Assembly (NCBI GenBank): GCA_951406725.2
Contig: OX597819.1
Coordinates: forward strand, 61,070,001-61,134,000
Source of the DNA: Octopus vulgaris
Lineage: Eukaryota
Direction of reading: 5' to 3'
Length of the DNA stretch: 64,000 nt
The translations under genes were made by a program, and so were the position numbers. This document shows, one piece after another, positions 37,922 to 51,914 of the stretch. Every line of letters begins with the position of its first letter. The stretch's first letter is position 1. Under the pieces are notes generated by a model. That model saw only the letters and a list, made by a program, of their open reading frames with translations, made no database searches and was not told the origin of the DNA.

Positions 37922-39339
37922 TGAATGAAGTATCTGCTTTAAACAAATCGATTGATATTGCCTGTAAAGGTGCATTGTGTATCACATGTCAGATGTTTTA
38001 GTGATCGCTAAGCAACCTGAGGCGAAATGCATTTGCTCAAGGTCACAACGCGTTGCCTGGTTCGGAAATTGAAACTATGATCTTGGGATTGTGAACGCAA
38101 CACCCTAACAACTAGGCTACGCGCCTTCACAATATATTATAAGGAATCGTCAAAATATTGTATAGAATGCTTAGTAATATTTGTCCCGAATCTCTTCACT
38201 CTGATTTCAAATCACGCAGAAGTTAACTTAGTCTTTCTTTCTCTCAGGATTGATTAAAAAAAATGCACAAATCCAGGGCGGTTGATAGATAGAATTGTTA
38301 GAACATTGGATGGAATGCTTTCATTATGCGTTGCGGCTGTATACATTCTGAGTTCAAATCCCGCCCCGTCACCAAAAATATGGGGAGACTTTGCCTGCCG
38401 TTGCAATCAACATATAATATTAGTAATCTGTAAAACCAATGAAAACTTAGTCTTCTTGGTTCGATCAGAAGATCGGCTGTCATCATGATGTAATGATATA
38501 TATAGAGAGAGAGATTTAGTTACCTTTTTTAGCAGGTCGATTGACCACTCAGAAACTCCTTCATTGGCTTGTAGTTAAGCTATGAATTAATGCGTTTATG
38601 TATAAACGGCGTAAATGAAAGCACTTCAGCTGAGAATAGAAAAAGGATCGAGTGTCTGGTTTGCTGCTCAAAAGAGAAAGCTACATATGCACATCCTCCC
38701 ACTCTCACATAGTAATAAATTAGTATACTCGTATTATAAACAAAGCATGGGAGAGAAACACTACATTCTCACTATTTTGGATCACTCACTCTCTCGGTAC
38801 AACTCTTTGAAATGTTGTCTTTATTGCAAAATATGTTACATTTTTAAAGAGAAGTGCAGTTGATTGAATCGACACTAGTATATAATCGATGCTTTTAAAA
38901 ATTGAATATAGATATTGTGTTGTATTTTGACTGCTTTGACACTCGGAACTTTTGGAACATATTAAAATAATGTAATTTCCTGAAAAAGCTACAAATATAT
39001 ATAGGACATGAATTAGATTATGAAATATTCATGCCTTTCTTAAGAACATAAGAGTAATAGCAATTAGAGAGTGGAAGACTCATTTTTGCTATTAAAAGAC
39101 TTGGGAAAATGTCTAGCTTTAGTCAATCATTTATTATTTAGTAATAAAAGTTTCGTCTTACTATCTGCGATCTGGGCATGACTGAATAAGTTTAAACAGG
39201 ATTTTGTGTATTTTTGAATACGTTTTCCACGCTGTGATTGCCTTAGTTTCATCATAAGGTCTCTCATCATATCACTCGTCAGACAAATATATCTTGGAAA
39301 AACTAGAAGCATTATAATCTAATAAGAATATTGAATGAC

Positions 39340-39452
39340 TGTGTGATTAACAAGGTCGCTTTGTAACCACTTGGTTTCGGGTTCAGTTCCACAACACAAT
39401 TTGGGCAAGTGTCTTATACCATAGCCCCGGGCTATAACTGTGTGGAAGCCCG
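39340..39452 (-). mobile_element. Rearranged SINE family A head fragment
   Basis: aaccacttggtttcgggttcagttccac...ttgggcaagtgtctt; this segment reads like the family A head (orientation call tentative). Confidence 0.5.
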
Positions 39453-39499
<47 letters not shown>

Positions 39500-40065
39500 A
39501 AATGGGACAAGAACGTAAAATATCCAGACAGTTAGGTGATACAAAAAAGGGACAACAAAACATCCAGATAGACGATACAAAGAAAACAAGGACGGGTCAT
39601 TCGGAGTTTTCTTTCCTCAGTCGACTTCCAGATTATCTCTACAATTTCGGCTGGTTATACTCGAGATTGCTCCAATCTGGCCAACCCCGAGGAAAAACTA
39701 AGCTATGAGCATTAAATTCTTTGGAAGAAAGCAGCGAATGTATACTTAAACAAGGACGGGAAAAATATGTGTGTGTGTATGCATGTGCATATGTGCATGT
39801 GTGCGTGTGCAAGTCTTTGTGCTTGTCTCACCACTTGACAACCACCGACGTTGATTTGCTTATGTCTTCGTAACTTTGCAGTTCTGTAAAAAAAACTGAT
39901 ATAATAAATTCTTGACTTAAAAAGGAAGTACTGAGACCGATTTTTCGACTGAAGTCTTCAAGGGGGTGCTCCAGCATGGCTACTGTTCACTGAATGAAAC
40001 AAAAGATAAAAGATGACAGTACATATATCAAAAGCAGTTACGCTTTTGAGAATCACTCTCTCTCT

Positions 40066-40451
40066 CTTTACTCTCCTACTTGTTTCAGCCATTTGACTGC
40101 AGCCATACTGGAGCACCGCCATTAGTCGAGCAAATCGACTCCAGGACTTATTCTTTGTAAGCCTGGTAATTATTCTATCGGTCTCTTTTGTCGAACCACC
40201 AATTTAGGGGGACGCAAACATACCAACATCAGTTGTCAAGCGATGTTGGGGGACAAGCACAGACAGACAGACACACACACATATATACGACGGGCTTCTT
40301 TCAGTTTCTGTCTACCAAATCCACTCACAAGGCTTTGGTCGGCCCGAGGTTATAGTAGAAGACACTTGCCTAAGGTGCCACGCAGTGGTACTGAACCCGG
40401 AACCATGTGGTTGGTAAGCAAGCTACTTACTACACAGCCATTCTTGTGCCT
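40066..40451 (-). mobile_element. SINE family A, full length
   Basis: High similarity to 8574-8989. Confidence 0.92.
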
Positions 40452-40941
40452 ACAGACAAATCGTTATATGATTTCTTATTTCTACACACTTTGCTATCCC
40501 CTTACCCCACACCCGATTCCTCTGGCAAAGTAAGGAATTAGTCGCTGATTATTGTGAATGTCATTTCACGATCTTATGCGGTGTGATCACCGATATATTC
40601 TTCTTTGCATTAGTTAAGTGACTTGCTTTCATAACAGAGGATAAAAGAAATGTGTGATTTTCACTTTTGAGGAGATTATAGTAATTAAAAAATAGTAATG
40701 AAAAGGACATAAATTTCGTTAAATTTCTAAATATTAATGAATCACTTTCACTTTCACTTTCTTTTTTATTCTTTGTCCTTTCAGTTGAGAAGTTTGAAAA
40801 CAAAAGACGGAGAATATATTTGCTTTGTCTTGTTTTTATCGATAATGAATTTAAATGAAATATGTTCAATACCATCTGATCAACGCTCCTAAAGTTAGAT
40901 AAAATTTGATGCAATTAAATTTTAAATCAATATGTTAGTTA

Positions 40942-41118
40942 TACAGTTCTATATTTAAGAGACGAGGAATTATGCACATTATTTACATTTGACGGATATT
41001 TGTCCTTATCTTGTTTGTTGTTAACACAACGTTTCGGTTGATATACCCTCCAGCCTTCATCAGGTGTCGTGGGGAAATTTCGAACCTCGGTTCTCATTAC
41101 TAAGGTATTTTTCGATGT

Positions 41119-41161
<43 letters not shown>

Positions 41162-41250
41162 GCATTATTATTATTATTATTCAGCTCACTGCCTAGAATC
41201 GAACTCGGAATCTTGGGGTTAGTAGCCAGCACTCTTAACCAGGACGCCAT
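40942..41250 (-). mobile_element. tRNA-headed short element with (AAT/ATT)n linker and hammerhead ribozyme, copy 2
   Basis: Minus strand atggcgtcctggttaagagtgctggctactaaccccaagattccgagttcgattctagg, microsatellite, HHR, then 3' end ...cttaaatatagaactgta. Confidence 0.8.
41023..41068 (-). ncRNA. Minimal hammerhead ribozyme motif
   Basis: Minus strand GACAC CUGAUGA A GGCUG gaggguauau CAACC GAAA CG UU GUGUU. Confidence 0.72.
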
Positions 41251-41519
41251 ATGTAAATAATGTAAACATGTTAGTATTTTAGAAATATTATTTACTGTCG
41301 ACCGAGGCTTCAGGGTTCTTTCCTTCTAATTTATACCCATGACCAAGAACTAAAACTTAACCACAGATATTTTTCTGTTCTATGTAATCCATTACCAAGC
41401 TTATTCCGGCCGTGCTCATCTTTTTTTCTCCCAGGTACAAAACAAAATGACAGCTTCCAAGTCCTGTTTCCTGACTAGGTCACTGCCCAGGTGGACAGTC
41501 GGAATAAATAAATAGACAA

Positions 41520-41730
41520 AATGTTTTCACTTTTATAAAATGATTAAGTAAATATGGAAGACCCTACACACAAAAAACTATGTCCATTTACGCGGGAGCT
41601 CTGGGCAAAATGTTACAGTGCATGACCTTCTTTGGGACATAAGTAATGTGTATGTAAAGTTTGGAGAAAATCGGTTGAGAATTGGGGAAATGTATGCGTT
41701 AGTCATTATGCACACATACTGTGACATATA

Positions 41731-41770
<40 letters not shown>
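41520..41770 (+). mobile_element. Possible non-autonomous Helitron/Helentron-like 3' fragment
   Basis: gtgtatgtaaagtttggagaaaatcggttgag followed by CA-rich segment and (AT)n, a layout I associate with such elements; no termini verified. Confidence 0.35.
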
Positions 41771-41771
<1 letters not shown>

Positions 41772-42466
41772 CGTCATAATGTAATAATTAAATTATATAT
41801 TATGCACTTTATTGTTTTGTTATGCCTGTCATCTCCTGGTCCAGTGAAAAATGCCTTGCATGAAATCGGTTCGTGGTGCAAAACATCAAAGGGACCGTTG
41901 CTATGAAGGACAGCATTAGTCCTTACAGTCTTCATTTTTGTCAATGTGACAACGGTCTGTTTTAAGAGAGATTCGGCTACTTTTTCTAGGAGATATAGAT
42001 GGCATACAAATATTCCGTTTTTGTCGGTTAGTCCATTAAGCACTCTTGAGTCATTTGGGATCCGACCAAAGACCCAGTTTTCAATATAAAGATTCAACAA
42101 AGAAATAATTACAGTTTAGTGATTGCTTCAGATTGCTTTCTCCGGGTTCACAGTAAGTGTTGAATTTCGTACTTTGAGCCACGGAACCAGTTGTCACATT
42201 TACGTAGTTCCTAATGTTAACAAAAATGGAATATACGATATTGCCTAGAAACAAAGGAACTCAGTTGTTGAAAGATTCTTATCTTGATCCTAGGACTAAG
42301 CACTAGGACAACGACAGATATGAATTTTTAATTTCTCAGATGGTTGGCCAGAACCCCATTAACTTCAGTAACCGAACTCCCGTCGTTTATGAAAGCACAC
42401 TTTTAAATTTATTTTCCAATACAACCAGTCTGGAAGAATGAATAATAAATTTGAGTTCAAATTAGA

Positions 42467-42772
42467 GGGATTTGAACTCAGAATATCCAGCGACGTGACT
42501 AAATACTACAAGGTATTTTACCGTCGCTCTACCACTTCTGTCGATCCATTCATGCAAAATATTGATTTCAAATTTTGGTACAAGGCAAGCAGTTTCGGGT
42601 TAGTTGCTAAGTCGATGACACCGACCCCTGTGTCATCGACTTACTAGTATTTATTTCATGGATCCCCAAAGGATGAAAAGCAAAGTCAACCTTAGTGGAA
42701 TTTGAACTCAGAACGTAAAGACGGACGAAATGCCGCTAAACATTTTCCCCATTCCACCAGATCACCGCTTTA
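42467..42772 (-). mobile_element. SINE family B monomer plus older head fragment
   Basis: ggatgaaaagcaaagtcaaccttagtggaatttgaactcagaacgtaaagacggacgaaatgccgc. Confidence 0.8.
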
Positions 42773-42994
42773 TTCTTGCTAAATATTAAGAAAAAAAAAG
42801 AAAAATTCACAAGGATATGAAATAACAGAGTCGTTAGAACGTCGGACGAAATACCTTGCGGTATTTAGTCTTGACCACGTACAATCTAAATTGAAATCCC
42901 GCAGAGATCGCGGTCGATGAAAGAAACATAAGCCAAGCACTGGTACTTATGTATTTTATCAAAAATACCCATCTACTAGAATTGATGCCTTGTG

Positions 42995-43049
<55 letters not shown>

Positions 43050-43380
43050 CAATATTAAGAAATAAACATGTTTGTTTAGTTGAATAAGGAAAGAAAATTT
43101 GAAAATCGGAGCATCGTAACATGTGGTCTGTTATGTCTCTTTCTCTCTAATCTTTCCCTTGTTTTTCGCTGTTGTTCCAGCTTTAACGTAACAACACTCA
43201 CAATATCAAACAACTACAGACAACAACAAAACACATTATGCTCTATTTCTCACGAAACCATTCCATTTTTACAAGATTGTCCAATACAATACAACCTTCC
43301 TTTAAATACTGGGCTTTGTTTCCCGATCCATTTTAATCCTATTATTTCGCGCGCGCGCATATATATGTATGTATATGTAC

Positions 43381-43428
<48 letters not shown>

Positions 43429-44787
43429 AAGATACCCATATATATGTAAGCACACTCATATACATACACATTATATAAAAATATATATACTTAAACGTAT
43501 AAATATGTATGTATATATGTATATATATATATGTTTAGGTGGAGAGACTACTGAAACAGAGGCAGCGAACCAGTGTGATTGGATCTACCAATTTCTTTAA
43601 CTCATCGAAGTTTCCAAATGATTAAAAAAGCCAACAATAAAAAATAAAAATATCGACTCCATCGAAATCAATTCTAAGAAAAATATATTACCTGAAATCA
43701 ACAAGATGTAAACAACAACAACAACAACAACAATATCAACAACAACAGCAACAACAAAAATCAATATTTCTTTAAGTCATCTTATTTAGAGATAGGATTT
43801 AAATAGGAGCTTTTCTCCCACAGCTAACACCTTCAGTCATGACTTGTCTCCTTTGACATCCTAAGTTTTGCTTTTATTTAAAGAAGTTAGTCGATAGGCT
43901 CCTGTTTTGAGCTCCGTTTTACATAAAGATAAAGAAGCAAATAACTAAAAGACCAACGCGTTAAGTTATTTGATTATTAGTTTAGAAGTTTGGTCGGTTT
44001 AGGAAAAAAAAAAAAGCTCCTTTTTTCTTTATATATCAGAAATAAAATATTGACAATGAGATAATTTAGCTGCTGCCAATATTTTCATGAAGAATCCAAC
44101 GAAAGAGGAAAAAAATGAAATAATAAAACATTGCAAAAGACAACAGTTACGAGAAAAAAGAAACCCAAAAATGATTCAACAAAATTTTTAAAATGAAGTT
44201 AAAATTCAACAAAATTTGTGATGCTACAAAGAGCTTTGCGACTTGCATCTCCTTTCGCAGTTTGTAAGCGTCAAGTTATTCAAATTATTGGTAAGACAAT
44301 CGAATAAAATAAATCGATTTACCGACCAGTCATGTGGGTATCGAATCTAAGAATTTTTATAATCTCGGTTCCAAAATATAAATGTAAATAAGAGAAAGTC
44401 AACGAGTCTATTATAAACGATTTTATCCTGTCCTGTCATAAAATTGGTATATTATATGAGTTTCACTGAAATCTAGATCAATTAATTACGTTGTTTACAA
44501 TCAACATGGCGTCCATCTGAATAAAATTGCGTTCAGTTAGTAATAAATTTTTAAAGTTTGAATATCTCTTCATTTGAACTCCCAAATTCAGTTAATAATG
44601 AAGTCTGAAGGCTCAATCAGATGAAGTAAAAATTGATCGCTCATTTACCAGAACTAGAAACAACTAATAGCAGTGTAAAGTTATCAAATGTGGTACCTCC
44701 ATTCCGTTAAGGAGCATTTAAGCAAAGATAGTACTCACCCCTATTTTGCCTGGAAACGTATAGCGGATGGTAGTTTTCACCACTGTT

Positions 44788-44824
44788 TCAGTGGATTTGG
44801 TAGACGGAAACTGAAAGAAGTCCG

Positions 44825-44862
<38 letters not shown>

Positions 44863-44992
44863 GTATGTATGTGTCTGTATTTGTCCCTACCCCCGCCATT
44901 GCATGACAACCGATGTTGATGTGTTTACGTCCCCGAAACCTAGCTGTTAGGCAAAAGAGACCGATAGAATAAGTACTAGGCTTATAAAGAAT
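44788..44992 (+). mobile_element. SINE family A internal fragment
   Basis: gtggatttggtagacggaaactgaaagaag...gaccgatagaataagtactaggctta. Confidence 0.88.
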
Positions 44993-45093
44993 ATATATAG
45001 TTCAAATTTATTGAAAAACAAAAAAAAAACGAAGACAGGTGTTTGAACAACAAACAGGTGTATTAGTTTTATGCTCAGAAAAGTGAGAAAGAG

Positions 45094-45127
45094 TTTTACG
45101 TTTCGAGCCTACGCTCTTCAACAGGAA
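45094..45127 (-). ncRNA. Degenerate hammerhead motif within a PLE-like end (about 44999-45220)
   Basis: Minus strand UUC CUGUUGA A GAGC guag GCUC GAAA CG UA AAA; A6->U; same stem II design as 29050. Confidence 0.55.
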
Positions 45128-45700
45128 TGAATAAGAGAAAATAAACAGAGAGAGAGGAGAGGAAGGGAGAGAGAGAATAAAAAATAACTTGTGGATTTAG
45201 CGGTTAAGTATGGCGATACGCAATCTGTAATAATTTGTTTGTTGGAGACCATGTGCTGGAAGAGTTAAGCGCGGCTTTTCAGTTGCTTTTAATTTGCTAT
45301 TCGCAAATAAGACATTAACAAGGCATCACCATCGAATATCATTACTGAAGATGAAATTAATCACACTGATAATGTTCAATAACGTAAAGCTAATGTCGGT
45401 AAATACGTAAAAGAGACCCCTTGAACTACTGAATAACAGAGGGTGGGGGGGGGCGATGAGAATTCCATCTGTGATCGATGGTCCGTGCAGTGGAGAATGA
45501 GAGACATACAAGTTGTTATTGGCATTTTATTGCAGTCTGTTTAAGCAGTCAATCAGGACTATTATTTATAAAAGGATCCAACGTCATTTAATATGTTAGT
45601 CACCATAACGCCAGGTTGTTCAGGTACACTTAGTCGACGATAACTTGGCACAGTTCTTCGCTAATAATGAGAATACATATTACGTTATATCATATTATAT

Positions 45701-46555
45701 TGTGTGTGTGTGTGTGTGTGTGTGCGTGTGTATGTATGCGTGTGTGTGTATGTATGTATGACTGTGTATATGTATGTATGTATGAGTGCGTATGTATTTA
45801 TGTATATGTATGTGTGTATATATGTATGAGTGTATGTATGAGTGTGTAATGTATGCATGAATGTGTGTGTGTATGTATGCATGTATGTGTGTGTGTGTAT
45901 GTATGCATGTATGTGTGTGTGTATGTATGCATGTATGTGTGTGTGTATGTATGCATGTATGTGTGTGTGTGTATGTATGCATGTATGTGTGTGTGTATGT
46001 ATGCATGTATGTGTGTGTATGTATGCTTGTATGTGTGTGTGTGTGTATGTATGCATGCATGTATGTGTGTGTGTGTGTGTGTGTATGCATGCAAGTGTGT
46101 GTATGTATGTATGTATGTATGTGTGTATGTGTGTACGTATGTATGTGTGTACGTATGAGTGTGTGTACGTATGAGTGTGTGTACGTATGAGTGTGTGTAC
46201 GTATGAGTGTGTGTACGTATGAGTGTGTGTACGTATGAGTGTGTGTACGTATGAGTGTGTGTACGTATGAGTGTGTGTACGTATGAGTGTGTGTACGTAT
46301 GAGTGTGTGTACGTATGAGTGTGTGTACATATGAGTGTGTGTACATATGAGTGTGTGTATGTAATGTATGTATGAATGTGTGTATATGTATGTACGTGTG
46401 TGTGTAATATATGTGTTTATGTAATGTATGTATGAACGTGTGTCTGCATTATGTATGTGTGTGTGTGGGTAATGTATATATGTATGTGTGTGTATGTATG
46501 TATGTGTGTGTCTAATGTATGTATGCATATATGTGTGTATAATGTATATATGTAT
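45701..46555. repeat. GT/GTAT microsatellite with embedded 16-bp minisatellite (GTACGTATGAGTGTGT)n
   Basis: About 12 near-perfect 16-bp units at about 46149-46355. Confidence 0.95.
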
Positions 46556-46584
46556 TATTAGGCGCATCCATGACTGTAAGGTCA

Positions 46585-47245
46585 AGAACCTCGCGTGGTT
46601 TCGAGTACAGTGCCACTACGCGGCACATTGAGTAGCCGTCTCCTGTTATAGCCCCGGAGAGACCGATGCCTTGTGAGTGAATAAGGTAGAAGGAAACAGC
46701 GTGGAAGTCCATCGTATGTGTGTGGATGGGGGTGTTTATGCTTATATTTGTCACCCCAAGACCACCTTTTAACGATCGGGTTTGATTTGTTTACGTCTTC
46801 GTAAATTAAAAAGACCCCATTCAGTCTCGAATGACCATGGGATTGCACCTAGAAAGTTCCTCTCCGAGGCACAAGTCCGGCAAGGTTGTTTATGGAGGAC
46901 CAGTAGTCGCCCCATGCATACCAACCTCTCCTCTGCGCCCCACTGACATCAAACTCATTTCTACAGCTGAGTGAACTGGAACAACACGAAATAAAGTGTC
47001 TTGCTCAAGAACACAACACACAGCCACGTCCAAGAATCGATCTCACTACCTCACGATTGTGAGCCCGACGCTCTAACCACCAAACCATGCGATAAATTAG
47101 CAGTTCGGCGAAAGAAAAAAAAAACGAGAGAATTTCATTTGACTTTTTAAAAGGAGCACATAAGGTCGATTTGTTCGAGTAAAACCCTTGAAAGCGGTGC
47201 CCCAGCATGGTCGCAACCCAATGACTGAAACAAGTTAAACAAAAG
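46585..47245. mobile_element. Cluster of SINE fragments (family A pieces, RTE-like tail, family D)
   Basis: Family A remnants 46590-46810 and 47095-47245; gaatgaccatgggattgcacctagaaag segment; family D on minus strand 46945-47092. Confidence 0.65.
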
Positions 47246-47444
47246 ATGTATTTAATGTATTCATGTTACAATAATTGTTATATAGCTATGCTTGTATAAA
47301 TGGCTGATTGCTGTTACTGGTGTTTTTATTTCAGAAGCTCGACATGCCGTCTACTTTTACGTAGTATTCTGACACAGTAACAATAAATTGAATTGAAGTT
47401 CTATTGAAATTATATTAGTCAATGCGGAGGGTACCCCTCCACTG

Positions 47445-47482
47445 ATATACATATACGTACATAGATACATATACGTACATAC

Positions 47483-47519
<37 letters not shown>

Positions 47520-47625
47520 GCATATATATGTGTACATATATATATATAAATAGATACATATACGTACATATACATGCATATATTTGTGTACATATATATA
47601 TACATAGATACATATACGTACATAC

Positions 47626-47664
<39 letters not shown>

Positions 47665-48079
47665 GCATATATATGTGTACATATATATATAAATAGATAC
47701 ATATACGTACATATACATGCATATATTTGTGTACATATATATATACATAGATACATATACGTACATACATTATATATATATACACACACACACATATATG
47801 TGTACATATATATATACACACACACACATATATGTACATATATATATACACACACACACATATATGTACATATATATATACACACACACACATATATGTA
47901 CATATATATATACACACACACACATATATGTACATATATATATATACACACACACACATATATATATATGTACATATATATATACACACACACACATATA
48001 TATATATGTACATATATATATACACACACACACATATATATATATGTACATATATATATACACACACACACATATATAT

Positions 48080-48110
<31 letters not shown>

Positions 48111-48630
48111 CATATATATACGTACATATACATACATACATATATATATACATATATATACGTACATATACATACATACATATATATATACATATATATA
48201 CGTACATATACATACATACATATATATATACATATATATACGTACATATACATACATACATATATACGTACATACACATTCAATATATACATATATATAC
48301 ATATATATACATATATATACATACATATACATACATATATATACATACATACATATACATACATATATATACATACATACATATACATACATACATATAC
48401 ATACATATACATACATATATATACATACACACATACATATATATATATACATATATATACATACACACATACATATATATATATACATATATACACACAC
48501 ACATATATATATATACATATATATATATACACACACACATACATATATATATACATATATATACACACACACATACATATATATATACATATATATACAC
48601 ACACACATACATACATACATACATACATAC
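47445..48630. repeat. Large compound AT/AC microsatellite with higher-order duplications
   Basis: About 120-bp blocks duplicated at 47450-47780; about 30-bp and 40-bp units further right. Confidence 0.95.
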
Positions 48631-48757
48631 AAGAGAAATACAAGTACATGAACGTCCTGCAGAGAGCATACAGTGTCACAGCTCTGTTTCACTAATATAT
48701 GGGCGTTTCGAGTAAGAGAAAGAGTGAAAGAAAGAGAGGGAGAATGGGGATACATAA

Positions 48758-48811
<54 letters not shown>

Positions 48812-48984
48812 GCTGGCTCTGGTTGGAAGTTAAGGTGGAAAAACTTTGCTTTACAATATACGGAGGTTGTCAAGTTTATGGCTGTTTAATGGCGTCGACT
48901 CAGTGAAGCTCATTCCGACGATCATGTAATAAGAGACGGCTCTCACCTAATGAGGTCTTCTGTCTGTCAAGTTGCCAAAGCATC

Positions 48985-49700
48985 GATAGTAGTAGTAGTG
49001 GTGGTGGTGGTGGTGGTAATAAGAATAACAGTTATGATAATGAGTGGAAAGATGACAATTAATACCACTAGTACTACCGCCTCCACAGCAGCACCACCAC
49101 CACTAAAATCACCACTCCCACCATCACCATCGACACTACCATCAACACCACCACCACCACCGTTGTCGTTGCCGCCGGTACCAGCTGTAGCACGATGACA
49201 ACGACGACGGCGGCGACCACCACCACCACTTGCTACTACTACTACAACTACCACCAGTACTAGCAGCACCGACAGCGCTACCAGTATCCCCACCACTATT
49301 ACTTTTTGTACCACCAGCACCACCAGCAGCACCATCACCACCACTACCATCAACAATGATGATGACGAGAGCGACCAGTGCAACAACAACTAGAATAAAA
49401 GAAAGCAATGGCCACCACCTCACTGCCAGCCTCACACCACTCCCAATATCAACAACAACGAGAACAAAGTCGATGGTGATGATGGTGATAGTGGTTGTGA
49501 TGATGATGGTGGTGATGATGATAAATGTGATGATGATGATGGTGGTGGCTTTGATGATGATGATGGTGGTGGGGCTGTGATGATGATGATGAATGTGATG
49601 ATGATAGTGAGGATTATGATGATACTGATGATGTTCCCGAACATAACGATGCATAAAACCACCACCACCACCACCACCACCACCACCACCACCACCACGC
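48985..49700. repeat. Degenerate trinucleotide low-complexity region (CAC/CAG/GAT/GGT)
   Basis: Alternating (ACC)n and (GAT/GGT)n blocks; open in several frames on both strands. Confidence 0.9.
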
Positions 49701-51914
49701 CATATCACCGATAAGTGAACTTGACCTTTTAGAAATATCAACCAATCCAAATTGTTATAACACCCTATCTTCCCCCAAATCGAAAAGACGCATTACACAG
49801 TCTAATCGGAGATAGATCTAGAATGACACGATGGTCATGGCTGGAAGACCTTTGATTCTAGATTTGTACGGTCAGGTTTGCCTAGGGCTAAACAGCAACA
49901 CAGACAACAATAACAGCAAAAATAATCGCTAATGAAGGAGTTTCTGCATGATTTCTGGAACTGCTAAAAATAGCAGCCAAATCTCTCACAAATCACATGG
50001 TACAATCTTAAAAATAGGATCGACACATTAGTTAATGTTGTACAAGTTACAACAACAGCAACACGACTCTCGTCAGCAACAATAACCAAAAGTAATAAAA
50101 ACCGCAAAGGCCACAACACTATTGACAAAAACATCCTTCTTTCCTTTCACCCCCTATAACCAATGATGGACAACGCCCACTCAAACAACCCCCAACACCT
50201 ATCACCCACAAGATCCTCCATTCACAATGCCAGACCGAGAATTAACTTTGTGTCTTGATAGGGTTTCTCTGTAAAATGCTCGTAGTACAGCTGCCATAGT
50301 TGGTGAGGTAACTTAAAACTTAAGTCATTATAAGTCTATCTAACAAGTTGGCATCACCGAAGCTCGTTTAGGCGATAATTGATTGGTTTTATATTCAAAT
50401 ACAACGAAAAGGAGATATCCGGTTAGCTTTTCAACATGTCCGCCAAACCTTGACAAAATTTGGTTTCATCTTTCGCCAAAAACAAAATAAACATCCTACT
50501 CTTTTCCGAAAAAGCAAAAGCCAAAAAATCTTCTCGTCCGATTCCCTAAACATGGAAATTACTTTCTTTATGTCATAGGTTATACACAATATCGTGTGAA
50601 ATGTATGCACTCCATACGTTAGTTTTCCCCTTCTTTCGTTCACTCCACCTTGATATATTCACCTTTGCCAATATTTTTCTTCTTTCTAACACATCAATCG
50701 GTTCTTTTATAATATTAACTCTCTCTGTGAATACGGAATAGAAGCGATAAGTAGTGATGTGAATAAATGCAAACTTGTGGCCATATTTGGACCCGTAACA
50801 GAGCCATGCACTGGATTTTGTAGTGGAAAAAATTTCTCACAGCAGACAAATCACTGTACAACGATGGGAATATAATGAGATATCCATCTCTTATCAGTTT
50901 GCAGCCTTCCTTTTCTGGTATATGATACAGAAGAAAAGATAATCACTCCGAAATGTATGCGTTCATCATTCTGGCTAGAGGGCGCTTCGAACTGACTTGG
51001 TGTGTTTACACCTATTTGTCTACAGCAAGAACTTTTCTCCGTGACAAAATACAATGAATGGCTTTTGTACGGATTCCAATATGCCCCAAGTATATTTGAA
51101 TGATAAGTTTGTATTAATTCTCTGTCTTACTTCTGTATAACCTTCACTTTAACGCAGCTATGTTATGTATTATTTTACAACATACGGCTGATGACCACTG
51201 CTTCAGGATATAAAGACACTATCTCCTGCGTCTACAGAGTAATGGACAAAAGGAATAAGTAGAACACAATCTATCAAGTGGTCGACGGGTTGTACTATTT
51301 CACTACCATTTTGTTCTGCTCGAAGTGAGCACTATAAGCTCTCTGTACCTCATTCTTAAGTACTCCATTACTCGCAGTATTCCATTGGTATTCCATTGTT
51401 CGAAGACGTCAAAGTTGCATGAAGGTATTTGTAAACTTACTTAGCAGACATAGAAACATGCCAATTATGTCTTTTTGCAGACTTAAAAAATAATAGAAAC
51501 CTTAATCGATTTTCGATCTTCATTGGGGTCTTATCAAAGATGTCCACATCACTTGACCAGTCCTAAAGAAACAAGTCGTCATTCAAGTAGCAATTCCAAT
51601 CCAGTAACATCAGAGACCTGGGGCTACTAACTTAAATACTATAAGTGCTTAGCCCATTATTTAATATGAGCAGCCTATCAACGAAGATCTCAGTCCACAC
51701 AGTCTCACGGTATCAGATATGTAAATCTACGTAGCAGATATACACACATATGATTCTACTATCTACTGCACTGTAGATTGAAAAGAAAAAATGACGAACA
51801 GCCTTAATCAATATTCGTCAGTTATCGGGGTCTCTTTTGTCGAGATGCAAAAATTTTAAAGTTATACAAGAGTTGAGATGTTTATTCTTTTCTCAACATC
51901 AAAAGTGAGTTATT

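Noticed and set aside
39590-39695. Two partial hammerhead-like pieces on the minus strand in a PLE-like end
   Set aside because: One has CUGAGGA but GAAU and no UH; the other has stem II-GAAA-UUG-UA but no core. Too degenerate to call.
46149-46355. Regular repeat array as possible CRISPR
   Set aside because: Contiguous tandem units with no spacers, eukaryotic context, no cas genes.
45685-48755. ORFs of 280-423 aa
   Set aside because: Dinucleotide repeats lack stop codons; no protein-like composition.
48950-49750. Pro/Thr/Gly/His-rich ORFs resembling mucin or extensin
   Set aside because: Degenerate trinucleotide repeats with switching strand polarity; no convincing splice sites or domain.
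50431-51100. Possible ancient hAT transposase remnant on the minus strand
   Set aside because: Only faint motif echoes (GVNT...EAPS, SHYIP); cannot be supported without a profile search.
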